A stretch of DNA of 57,806 nt, counting the filler, from Diploschistes diacapsis (taxonomy: Eukaryota), in NCBI GenBank assembly GCA_023645945.1. It is 6 parts of 6 records of this genome, joined end to end, with 100 filler letters (N's around TTAATTAATTAA, not from the genome) between each part and the next. Parts side by side here need not be neighbours in the genome. Positions count along the whole stretch, not along the records: positions 1 to 9,558 come from JALAIB010001024.1; positions 9,659 to 19,216 come from JALAIB010001025.1; 4 more parts are not named here. One strand, given 5' to 3'. Below are positions 1-11,127 of the stretch, in pieces. Every line of letters starts with the position of its first letter. Position 1 is the first letter of the stretch. Below the pieces are notes generated by a model. It saw only the letters and a program-made list of their open reading frames with translations. It had not been told where the DNA came from and ran no database searches. A program made the translations under genes and the position numbers.

Positions 1-97
1 TCTTCATCCTCATCGTAGCCGTGGATCGAGTAGTTGTTCCAAGTCCAAGCACTCCTTCGCCAGTGAATGCTCCCCATTTACTCTTCTCGACAAGTAA

Positions 98-664
98 TCA
101 CTCTTCGCATCGCTGACACAGCGATTGCAGATGCAAGAGTAACCCGGCTCGGGTTCTAAAAGCCTTCGCGCAGAGCGGGCACACGTTCGTCTTCCTGCCG
201 CCACTTCTCTTAGATATACCGCCCCTCCTGCCGTCCACCTCCTTCCCTCTTTTCCACCGGGACGGCGGACGCGGCAGGAGCTCCGATGGCACTGTATCGG
301 GCGACGACACCGCCGACTCCCCGCAGCGGACGTCCGGCAGCTGCTGCAGCGCCCGAGCGTCGCAGCTGGACCCGTCGTCCTCGGAGCCATGCTCTGGCGC
401 GGCCAACGCCAGCTGCTTGCCCGGCAGCGATGGAGGACGATTCACGTTCAGATGGAAGCCTCTGGAATCCCTGAAGTTGAACGCGATGCGTGTAGTAGAG
501 GGGCTTGATTCGAGGAAGACGTCGATGGGCTGCAGAGCAGAGCGGTTGGTGGATTGGGAGTAAGGTGGATATGTAGCTTCCTGGTCGTCCGAGTGCGCCG
601 AGATGCTGACCGACGGGACTTTGTCGGGCTCGCTGTCCTCGTAGACGAGGACTAGGTATGGCAT
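98..664 (-). CDS. Hypothetical protein with C-terminal C2H2/C2HC-like zinc finger
   Basis: 188-aa ATG-initiated ORF ending CPLCAKAFRTRAGLLLHLQSLC (C-x2-C-x3-F-x5-L-x2-H-x4-C); 3' structure uncertain near the contig end. Confidence 0.45.
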   Translation of the reverse strand: MPYLVLVYEDSEPDKVPSVSISAHSDDQEATYPPYSQSTNRSALQPIDVFLESSPSTTRIAFNFRDSRGFHLNVNRPPSLPGKQLALAAPEHGSEDDGSSCDARALQQLPDVRCGESAVSSPDTVPSELLPRPPSRWKRGKEVDGRRGGISKRSGGRKTNVCPLCAKAFRTRAGLLLHLQSLCQRCEE

Positions 665-2299
665 CGCGGGGTGTCTGCGATTTTGGGCGGTTCTTTGATT
701 CAGAGGCTGGTGCGAGAAGGTGCTTGAGTGCAGGAGGTAATTACTTCAAGGCAGAGGTCGTGGTCTGTGCATGTCATGATAGAAATGATTCCAATCTACC
801 GCTGCGGTCGGTAGCACGGATCGAGAACGACGTTGGAGAGAGAATGAGAGGTTGGAAGTGGGTGAGGAGGGTTATTTGATGAAAAAGTTCTTCTGGCCTA
901 GTACGGCGCGGTGATAAAGCATTGACAGGGATTGAGTCAACAAACAGTATGTGACGGGGGATATAGGTTCCAGTAATTCTACTCGGATTAGCCGAAAGGA
1001 CTTTGCTGGTGGTAACTCACAGCCCAGGCAGAACTGCGGCGCTAAGCAATGCGCCCACAGGAGTTATGCCATTTCTGGCCGCTCGGCTGCAGTATATCCC
1101 TCCGCGATCGCGCAAAATCCAAGAGTATCGGTTATTGGACAATTCCAAGGCTTCCAAATGTAATTAGAAGTGCAGAAATGAAAGTAACAACTTCGCAACC
1201 GGAGCCCGAAACTGGAATCCACACTTGAGAAACGACAATGAGGATCCAGCGCTTTCTATTCGGAACTGCCTGCAGGCTTCTCACCAGTGCGTCCCGCAAA
1301 GCTTCCTCGTTGTCCTTCCTTTTCTAGAACGACAGGCACGGTTGTGATCATTCTCCATAAGGAATTATGATAGACAAGACTGGGAAATCAAGGGTGTGTA
1401 TTGGAAGCCAAAGAAGCGGTGCAATGAGTTAGAAGCGCAAAATGAGCGTCTTTCGAATGTAAAGAATCGAAGGTTCATAGCGTACGTGAGAGTTATTGAA
1501 TGTGTAGGTGTGCTTCAAAAATGCTTTCGTAATCCGATCTTATGATTGATCAACTGAGAGTGAGAGAACTCTATTAATATAGCTTACTGCGCAACTTGAT
1601 TGTTCAGCCTTGTATAACGTACTCGCCCCTATATAGCTGATACATCAAAATATTTCCTTTTCAAGCTAGCCTCTTTTAATTCCCAGCCGGGAAGGACAAG
1701 AGCCTTCATCTGCTAGCATATTTGAAGCTATGTTTACCTTCAAGTTCTTTGAAGACTCTCGACTTAGGTTACCAGCATGCGTTGCTTTACACTCTTATTC
1801 CATCATCAACTCCGAATGTAGCAGGATGAGGCCTTAACAATTAATAAGACAGCTGTCATTCAGGGTCTGTAGCGTGATTGAAGCCAGCACAATCTTCCGC
1901 AGCTCAAGAAAAATATAGCAGATATGCCGTCTATTAATGTTGCTTGCTAGACGGTTTCTAGTCTAGGAGCAGTCCTTATTGTCGCTTCATGTCCTTGGTG
2001 TTCATATATTTCTTATTTGATGTGGTTGACGGAAGTTCTTGAGTGAGCGCTAAGCGCCTGTGATGCCACGTGCTCGGCTGGACAACCATGGAAGTAATTG
2101 AGTGCGAACAATAACAAGCACGGGGGTGCCGGACTTTCCCGTTGGAAGGCCCTAGGCATCTAGCTGTACCTAGTTAGGTATTCATTTTCCTCCCGATATG
2201 ATCAATGCGTACACTCCAGTCTGCTTGTGGTCAATGACAAGTACACATATAGTAGCCACATGCATCGCAACTGCTTCCACAGGGACGTTGTGTGATGGG

Positions 2300-3600
2300 A
2301 AACCTGGTCTAATCCTCTAAAGGTCAATGGCGGCCGGTGGAGCCTGAAGTCCGTACCCTTCCCAGTCTGAGGTTTCGAAGCTGCTCGACTTGAGCTCTTG
2401 AGGAAGGGCAGGCCGAATTGCCGGATTGCGCAAGCTTCGAGATCTTCGCATTCGTCCTAAAGGCGCCATCCATATTATTGGTCAATAGCTGCTCGTTCCA
2501 TCCAACCTGACAGACGTTGGCCGGTCGTTAGCTATCTCAGAGGTTTAGAATTAACGTTCTCAAGTAACAGCAGAGCTCTTCCTTCCTTTCTTCCCTTTGA
2601 TCACTCTCATCTCGACGCGGCGACCCTCGGCTTCGGTGCGTGTTGGAGTCTTATTGAAGGGATCAACAAAATCTTCCTAGCAAACTACGCAGAAGACGGT
2701 GAGAATTGCGGTGATTTGACACCAGGCAACCGCTGTATCTGCTGACTGGCAGACTTTGATATGCTCTTGAGTAGCTGCAATGCAGCTACCGCGTCCCGAC
2801 ACGTCCGGAAGCTAACATTCGCGGCTCCTGGAGATTCGGCGAACATTCCACAATGCTGGCTATTTGAGGCTTCAAACGTGCTGAGAGCTTTATAATGAGC
2901 TGGATAAGAACGAGATCGTGAGACCACGCCAAGGGCTTTGTAAGATGCTCCAACTAACAGTTGACCAGGTCCACGACTCTCCGTTATCGATCCTACCTTG
3001 TTCATTCCTCGATCACCCGTCCTCAACATATTAAAGAGAGATCTGCATCATCAGCCACAGAGTCATAAAGCAAGAGCTTGAAGTCCGCCTCTTTGGAGAC
3101 ACTATGGGGCAAACTGAAAGCTTGAACGACGGTAAAGAAGCGCATTCAGCATATGCCGCAAACGCCTTCATGAAGTTATGGAGCCATTGTACAGCTGACG
3201 GAAAAAACGTTACACATACGGAGCAGACCTTGGTCCCATAATTCTTATCACTTTCTCCTGTCCATAGCAGGCTCTCAACAGGATTCTACCGCTAGGAGGG
3301 CTCAATGAGGCCCGTCCTGACAAAGCTGCACCATATTGTAAGGCACAAATTGCGAGCTCGAGTAAACCAAGCATCACCCCAAATGCAGTGGCTAGGCCTA
3401 GGCACCTTTCAATCCGGTTCTCAAAGAGTCAATAGCGGGCATGCCCGTCGCAGACATAAAGTTTTGCTGTCTTCTCACCAGCTGCAAGGTCACGGCCAAC
3501 ATTATGATCTTGGAATGCCTGGGACATAGATGGCGAATTTTGACAAATTATCAAGAGGCTGCCCTACGGGGTCATCTGGCTCTATCTCCTTCGCCTAGAT
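2300..3600 (+). pseudogene. Possible degenerate HET-domain-like gene remnant
   Basis: Stop- and frameshift-broken frames include HPYYWSIAARSIQPD (compare HET YxWIDxxCIxQxD) and ACWSLIEG (compare RxWTLQE); boundaries approximate. Confidence 0.25.
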
Positions 3601-6600
3601 CTGTCGTGTTTGGTGTCGATCAGGGTATACAGTTGACGATGAGATGGTGATACGTCTCAAACAGGATCCAATTCGCGAAAGGCTCTGATAGGGTATTGAA
3701 ACGAAGCAGCCATATTGCTAGTGATAGTCTGTATCCTGAATTCCTGTTCGTGATTGGCTTGGACAAGGCCTGGTTGTCTTTTCTCCATCTGATGTGCATC
3801 TTGAAGTTTCCTACCATCTCGTCTTAGTGCTGTAGAACTTTCAGGCTCTGCCGAAAGCCATGTTGTCGATGTGTTTGATTGCTCAAATGCTTTGTATTCC
3901 CTTTCCTAACTTGGACTCCTTCTTTTTCGGACAGTTGAGGTGAGATATGTGCTATGGTACATTGCCTTCATTGACTTCATTGCGGCTGGGCTCTGACTAG
4001 AGATGATGTGGTATCCGTCTGGCCTTCTTGAAGAGCTAGACGGTCAGGAAGCTATCAACTCTAAGAGTCAGATTCAATGCCTTCATATTTCCTTCTTCTT
4101 CATTTTCATGAACGTTGTTCACCTATGTACGCAGGACGCTTGAAGGTCGTGGAAATAAATCGGGTCTGGGAGACTCTATATCTATGTCAGCTCAAAAGTA
4201 ACTCACAATAATCTGGGACTCGAACCATGCAAAAGGCATTGGTACTTGCTAATTGTGTTGCGAGATTGCTGGACCTGCAAAGGAAAACTGGTAAGTACCT
4301 TCTACCGCCTAGAAGCAGCTCAGGCTCCACGAGTACACTCAAATGGCTCCTGTAGAGTTGCCGTATCAGGAGAGCATTCAGGTACTAGTGGCGTTAGTAG
4401 CTGATCAATTGAGCAGTACCATGGGAGCAAGCCGGACGGCGCGAAGTGGACGACGGACAGAGCTATTCAACCCTAGTCAAAGTTCTTCTCTCTGTGCATG
4501 TGTCAAGGTCAGTACCATTTGACACTCCAATATGGCAAGTTGCTGAATGGGTCTTTTTGAGAGGGTCGCTTTGGGATGATGGGGACAGCCTCTAAAATCG
4601 GGAGGCAACGGTCGTGTTTCTCTGAAGGATGCCATTTTAACAGGAGAGGAGCTGTCAGGGCAGGAGCAGCTCGTCCCGCTGGGATTCGTCTAACTTCTAT
4701 CGCAATGTCGCAAGCTGTTGTTCTTTGTCGCTAACCGAAAAGATTGCTGCTTGAAGGGATGAGGGCCAACGAGACTACTTGTGTGCAGCCTTACGGCGCG
4801 CTTATCGGGCAATATCGGACGGCCTATCAGCTGCTCTCGAACCACTCATTGATTTCCCTACCATGTCATTTATCTTGACTGCGTTCGACGTTCGACGAAG
4901 AGTGTGAAGCCTCTGACTCCTTCAGTCCCCTTTGTTCACTACTTCTGGCCCATGCCCGTACGACTTACAGACGCCTCTAGATAGATGCAACGCAGGCACA
5001 TTGGCTAGTCAAGCAACGTGGGCCAAAAATACACAAAAGGCAAAGGTGGGTGGCCCAGGCATCTTTATGGGGAGGACAAACGGATATGGAAGTAGTAAGC
5101 ATTTCAGAAGTTAGCCTTCCTACCTTCTAACGCTATTAGTTGTACGCGCATAGGTCTCCGACACGAGTCCCTTACGTGTAAATTGATTTACGACCCACAT
5201 CTACCACTATGGATACTGGGCGTGCAACGGGAGCGGAGCCTACCCTCCTTGACAAAGAAACTAGGCTCTTTTACCTATCCACTAGTACTGCAAGATCTTA
5301 CTTGAGTCTCGCTAAGTACGCTAGATGCAACATAAGATGGCATCTGGGGCATGAGCAAGGTCACAGCAAGAGACTTGAGTCTTTTTGCTAGCGAGTGAAT
5401 GGAGTCAAGTGTACAGCCTACATTCAGGCTAGTTAAAGGAATGCTGGGAACGCTGCGGGTATGGGCAGATAAATTACAATGGTAGCTAGCGAGCTCATAC
5501 GCACAGCGACATACTCCAATTACGGATGTCTCAAATCCGCCTCCCATGCTCCTTTGCCTCACTTTCATTCCTTCGGCGGTAGTTAAAGTGACTATTCAGG
5601 CAGACTATAGGGCATGATGACGACTCTCCCATGATTATTTGATTATCCTCGGACAGTGTTAGTGAAGGAAAGATAGTAACGAAGCACCTCAGGTGATGTG
5701 GGCCGGGGCAGCGGCTCGAATGGCAAGGAACCTTTAGCAGGTTACGTTAGATTATCAATCAGTTGGAAAAGGTGGTGTGCTGTTCTGCAGGCTTCAGAGG
5801 CGATCAATGTGGCGCCCAAAATCAAAAACCTGCTACGAAGGTAATACTCCCATGATTATTTCCTACTATTCTCGCACGGAGGCCTCCTGGATCTTCAAGT
5901 AAGCTTGCTAGACATGAACGATGTAGAAGGCCCAGTTTACCTGCATCTCTGGCACTATCTTCCGCGTCCGAGTGGTGAGTTGGGTATGAGCCATGATCCT
6001 TTAAACTTCAATTAACACGTCCTTCTGTCCAAAAGGGAAGTCGAACAAGATCCGCCCCACCTTCGCCCGCCTGAAGGACGCGATATCACATGATGCGGAC
6101 GACACGAAAAGGCAGTTAGAATAATCCTTTGATTCCAGTCCTCGGATTGGTTGTGCCTGACCGCTAGCGGGGTAAGTGGGAGATTTGCTTTTTTACGAAC
6201 TCAAGAGAGAACATTGCAGCCTGGCCTAGACCGAGCGTGGTCTCAGTTGATTGGCCAATGCTGGGTTTTAGCGCTCACGTGATGAGCACCGCTAGACCGT
6301 ATTCGCCTCTCCATCGTGAAGTCCTGAAAAGTTGTCGGCGTCATCGAGATGAGGCCAATACTACCCACAACACCACGACCAAAGTTGTTTGCTCGCGCCA
6401 GCAGGTCAGGTACTCAGCCGGCCCCGTATTTGACTTCTCACAGCCCAATGTAATTGAGATGGCAGAGATGCTAAAAAATTTTAATCTTCTTTTAAAATTT
6501 GGCGCGTTCAGATATTTGGGTGCGCAACTTTTGCTTTGGCCAAAATTTTCAACCCACCTTCTCACTTTGAAACTTTAATTCACGAAGTTTAGCCTCCTCT

Positions 6601-6643
6601 CAAATGCTTCATAGTTCATTCGTTCAAGGGTTTTAAATCCTGA

Positions 6644-6961
6644 ATGATGGCATCACGAATCGCTTCAAGATTGAAAGCAGACACTTTCCTCGACGATATA
6701 ACCGACTTTCTAGATGATCCTTTAACCGACCCTGACGATATCCAACGCTTGAGAGATTACATCTTGGCTCGACCAGCTCGTGAAAAGGTTATTGTGGATT
6801 ACGTGACAGATATCGAAATCCGTCTAGATATAGCAAAGGATATAGAAAGGGGTTGTAAGAGTTTTGGACTTCCCAAGGAACATCTGACAGTCCCACTCTG
6901 GAGCTTCTTACTGATTGCTACATCCGGCTACTCGTTGCCTTTTGATCTCAGAATCGATTAG
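6644..6961 (+). CDS. Short hypothetical protein, possibly a truncated N-terminus of a fungal HNH-endonuclease-type protein
   Basis: 105-aa ORF with globular composition; DIEIRLDIAKDIE...LTVPLWSFLLIA resembles N-terminal helices of fungal HNH_2-containing proteins; no HNH motif present. Confidence 0.3.
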   Translation: MMASRIASRLKADTFLDDITDFLDDPLTDPDDIQRLRDYILARPAREKVIVDYVTDIEIRLDIAKDIERGCKSFGLPKEHLTVPLWSFLLIATSGYSLPFDLRID

Positions 6962-7157
6962 ACTTTGTTATCACCACTGCTAATCAAGCATTGATCATTT
7001 GCAAAGTGTGCTTTCGCATTTGTTCATAGCTTGATACATGATTCAACCACTCGAGCTCTCACGTCCCATGCTTCTAGCAGCACAAGTCGCGCGCCGACAC
7101 TCTTTCCCAGTCTGCTTCCTGCAATTACCTTCCGTGCATCCCCTCGCCTCGCTTCGT

Positions 7158-8070
7158 CTACCACTTCATCAGGTGTGGCCTGTCTCCGCTGCGTAGGCTG
7201 AAGCTGCTTTGCAGGTATTCAAATAGATGTGGCTCCTTCTTGATGTTGCTAAGAAGAGGCTTGTCCACAGATTTCTGGTCGGATGCTCTCGCGCTGGTTA
7301 CTTCCTTCTTCTGCTCGGGCCGTTAGCGCTGGTGCTTATGCTGTATCTAAGCCCTTTTCAGGGATAGAAGTAGTCTAGTAGCGGGGTGATTTTTGCGCAG
7401 CCGTACCTGTGGTTTCTCCCCCTGCTTGAAGAACGCCTCCTCCGAGGCCTTCTGCTTCTTCTTCTCAGCCGTAAAGTACCCCTTCTCGCTGACCTTCTCC
7501 ACCGTCTTCGAGTCCAGCCCATTCAGGTCCACCTTTAGCGAAGTAGCGATGACGTAGCGGGCATTGACTCTCCTTAGCGGGACTCCGTTGACTTTGAAGG
7601 GGCCGGTCACGAGCAAGACGCCTTGATCGAGGTGTTTCAGGAGGATGACGCGCTTCCCGCGGAAGCGGCCGGCGAGGAGGATGAGCACGGTGCCTGGCTC
7701 GAGCGAGGGGCGGAGTTTGGCGGGTTTGATGGATTTGCGGGCCTGGTAGGTGGATGTTAGTATTCTGCTACTAAAGGAAAAGGAAGAGAAATAATTGAGA
7801 TTCTTGTGCTCTGCTCTCTGATTCTGCAGAGGCCTGTCTTGGAGCGCTGGAAAGCTGGCAAACGTTGTCCAGGACCACAGAGTGCGAGCTCAACGGTCCG
7901 GCATCTTCTTCAGGATCTCTGCTAGAACGTACCTTCTTCGGCTCAGTCTCATCTTCCGCTGGGTACCACCGCTTTGCCTTCGTCGACGGGTGAGGCACAT
8001 TGCGCTGGCCCTTACCAAAGCTTTTCTTTGTGGCAGCGGGACCAGCACTAGCCTCTGCTTTCGACGACAT
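7158..8070 (-). CDS. RPL6: 60S ribosomal protein L6 (eL6); exons 8070-7933, 7742-7407, 7310-7158
   Basis: Spliced translation MSSKAE...WYPAEDE...[16 protein letters not shown]...[21 protein letters not shown]...[18 protein letters not shown] introns with TACTAAC and GCTAAC branch sites keep the frame. Confidence 0.98.
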
Positions 8071-8427
8071 GGCGGGCAAGGATCACGTTGGGTGTGTTGA
8101 TGGTGAAGTGTATTGCTGATTTCAGTGTTCTGCGTAGGGCAAGCTTGTGGATATAATTCGATGTGCGGACTGGAGCGGGCTCGCTAAGCCTTTAGCCGGA
8201 TGATTATTGTTTCGTCTTTCTGTGTTCAGCCTTGTTGGGCGTAGTAGAGACGTAACTCCGTCATCGTAAGGTTTGCTAAAGTACGATTCGTTGGTTAAAC
8301 ACATAACTGCTTGATATTTGATTCATTCTTGAGCTAATTGTTCAGATTTGCCGTCGGTGCTTGCTCTTACAGGACACATCCGTTGAGCAGAGAACCAGAA
8401 ACGAGCTACACAGCTCTGTACAGCACC

Positions 8428-9558
8428 ATGCCGCCTGCTCCCGTCATTACTTTCAAGGCTGGCATTTGTGAGGTAGACGTAAGATTCCTCGTGTTCCATA
8501 CCTACGCACTACTTTGTCTGTAAATATCAGGACTAAAAAGCCCCCTGCAGGATAGCTCGAGACCGTACAAGGTCCGCCCCAAGGCCGAACCAGGGTACCT
8601 CTATATCTACAAAGAAGATGACCTCCCACACTTCTGCTGGCGCCCTCGCTCAGCTCCTCTTAGCGACCCCACACTCGATTTAATTATGTTTCCCGGTGAC
8701 GGAACCTTCAAGCCCTTTGAAGAGAAGACATCCGATGGCAAGCCTCTTGTCAATGGACGCATATATGTTCTCAGATTCTCTTCGAGCTCTGCCCGGCACC
8801 TCTTCTGGCTGCAATCAAAAACGCAGCATGCAAACGGCGATCCGAGCTGGTTCAGCCCGCGGGATCATAAACTGGGCGAGATCGTGAACCAGCTGCTGCA
8901 GGGCGAAGAGGTCAATGTGCGGCAGGAAATCGCGAATCTGCCAACCGGAGGCGACGATGGCGGAGGAGACGATGACACAGCAATGGAAGACGCAGATGAG
9001 GGACCATTTGGTGGAGGCCATCATCGAGCCGCGAGTGGTGGTGCCGGCGCGGGTGCCACGGGCGGCGACATCAGGGAAGAAGGAGAGGGATCGCGGGAGG
9101 GAGGAGCAGATGGCGGTAGAGCGTAGGTAAAATATCCTTCAACACCATACGAAAAATTGCTTCAGCGGTGGCGTCATTGGGATTTTTTGAATTGTATTAC
9201 AACCACAATACTCAGGTTGTATGGGCTGGCGTTCAAGGGCAAAGAAATTGGCACTACCGCCCACGGCTGCTTTTCCTACTTTTTCTAGCTAGTAGCCTAT
9301 ACATACTTTTCTTGCGATTTACTATCCGTTCTGTCTAATGGAGTGACCACCACGCGCATCGTTGCCAGAAACCAGTCCGCTAACTTATCTCCCCAGCGCT
9401 GCGCCCAGCAACACCGACACCCAAGCCGCCGTCGCAAGCTTCCTCGCCTCCCTACAAGGCTCCTCTTTCCCCACCCAACGACAGTCCCATCAACAACAAT
9501 CCCAATACCACGACAAACCCTACACCACCCTCTCCGACCTCCTCCCTCCCTCCACCAC
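8428..9558 (+). CDS. RPN13: Proteasome ubiquitin receptor Rpn13/ADRM1, 3'-truncated by gap; exons 8428-8478, 8551-9122, 9397->9558
   Basis: Pru-domain motifs ITFKAG, GYLYIY, HFCWRPR, LIMFPGD, GRIYVLRFSSSSARHLFWLQ; third exon KPYTTLSDLL; canonical splice sites join in frame. Confidence 0.93.
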
Positions 9559-9658
9559 NNNNNNNNNNNNNNNNNNNNNNNNNNNNNNNNNNNNNNNNNN
9601 NNTTAATTAATTAANNNNNNNNNNNNNNNNNNNNNNNNNNNNNNNNNNNNNNNNNNNN
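9559..9658. other. Artificial contig spacer (N44-TTAATTAATTAA-N44)
   Basis: 100-nt N run with a six-frame stop linker. Confidence 0.99.
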
Positions 9659-11127
9659 GCATGGGGTTAGGGGGGTGGGGAGCGGCGTTAATTGCTCGGT
9701 GAGTACTTGATGGCTTTCTTGCACTTCGGGGAAGAGAGTAGCGCGGAGTGGAGGTGGAGGTGGGCGTGGGTGTGGGTGTGGTGGAAGATCGAAAAGAAGA
9801 AGCAGGGCAGTCCTCTTTGCTAACGCCCCATAACCCAGGTGAACTGGTGGTTCCGCTAAACCCAAAGCTACCGAAGACCTCGCATGGGCGGAGGGAGACG
9901 TCCGATGTTCCCCAATCTTTCGCTTCCGGCCCATCATCATTTGGACCTTGCAGGACATTGTACCGCAGGCTGACTTTCCAAGTGGCGAATTGATGGGCCA
10001 GTGAGTTTGCGCTCGAGCTCGAGCCCGAGGTCGAGGGAGGCTAGCAGGTGTTCAATGCTCTCCCTGCTCACACTTACTCGCATTCACGGAACGACAAAAC
10101 AAATCTTAGGGTGAATGGACAGCGATAGTGCGATTACCTGTTCTGAGGGAGAGATGGTATTGAGTCTCTGGCCGGTTGGGTAGTGCTGGATGCCAGTGTG
10201 GTTACTGGAATGGGGCAGGGAAGTAGGGCAAGTGGATTACGGAGGCATCTAGTGGATTGCAATGTCTGACCTGAGATTGATGTAGTCGAGGAGAATATGA
10301 TCTGGATGTAAGTATCTAGGATAGAAGTGGTTCAGAGAGTGGTTAGATTGGTTAGATTGGCCGAGTGCGAGGTTTCCTCCAGAGAAGTCGGGATTTAGTA
10401 AACACCATCTATGAATGAATAAACAACAAAACAAACTAATAAAGTCATTGTTCATGAAGCTTAGTTCGCAATCGATTAAATTCAACTGTCTGCATTTGGG
10501 TATTCGCTCATCTGCCTGCACTGCGCCAGTCCCGATGCTCCCCCTTCCCATACTGTAAGCCATCAAATCAAACGCCCAGTCCCTCAGCATGCTATTTCAA
10601 GATAAATATGCTATAAAGCATGGACACATCTCGTCTTGAATCGCCGGAACGAATCGAAATGCAGTAGCCCCGTAAGATGAACCGCATGCAAGATCCGTAC
10701 CAAGCCAGCTGTCCCGAGTGACCAGAGGATAAAAGGAGAATCAAAGGGTAAAATAGAATATGTAAATCCCAAGCACTGAGGTAACCAGATCTAATCCTAG
10801 GGTGAGAGCGAAGAATTACCCATGCGAATGCATCCTACGAGTCCGTAGATGCAAGCACAAGCCACCCGACCTTCGTCAAAGACCCTGACACAAGAACCCA
10901 GCGGCCAGATATTGGGTAAAAATTGAAGAATTCCTCTCAACATTCCTTTGTGATGTCTCTTGGCGCAAATGAACAAATCGCACACCGGGGTATCATCCGT
11001 TCCATTCGTCTAACAACCGTATTATGCAGAAACGAAATTCGTAATCTCGTGTGGCATGCTTTTGTCCGATTCCATCGTCGTCGCTTTGTCAATGCTTTTA
11101 ACGTGCGCATAGTTCTTTCTCTGCTCT

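Noticed and set aside
4215..4226. B-box/T-loop-like GGTTCGAGTCCC on the minus strand
   Set aside because: No complete T stem, acceptor stem or A box; not a tRNA.
7743..7932. 190-nt RPL6 intron as a possible snoRNA host
   Set aside because: Only short stems; no convincing C/D or H box; longer introns are common in ribosomal-protein genes.
9603..9614. TTAATTAATTAA palindromes recurring every ~9.65 kb
   Set aside because: Assembly linker with stops in all six frames inside N runs; the regular spacing reflects size-sorted contigs.
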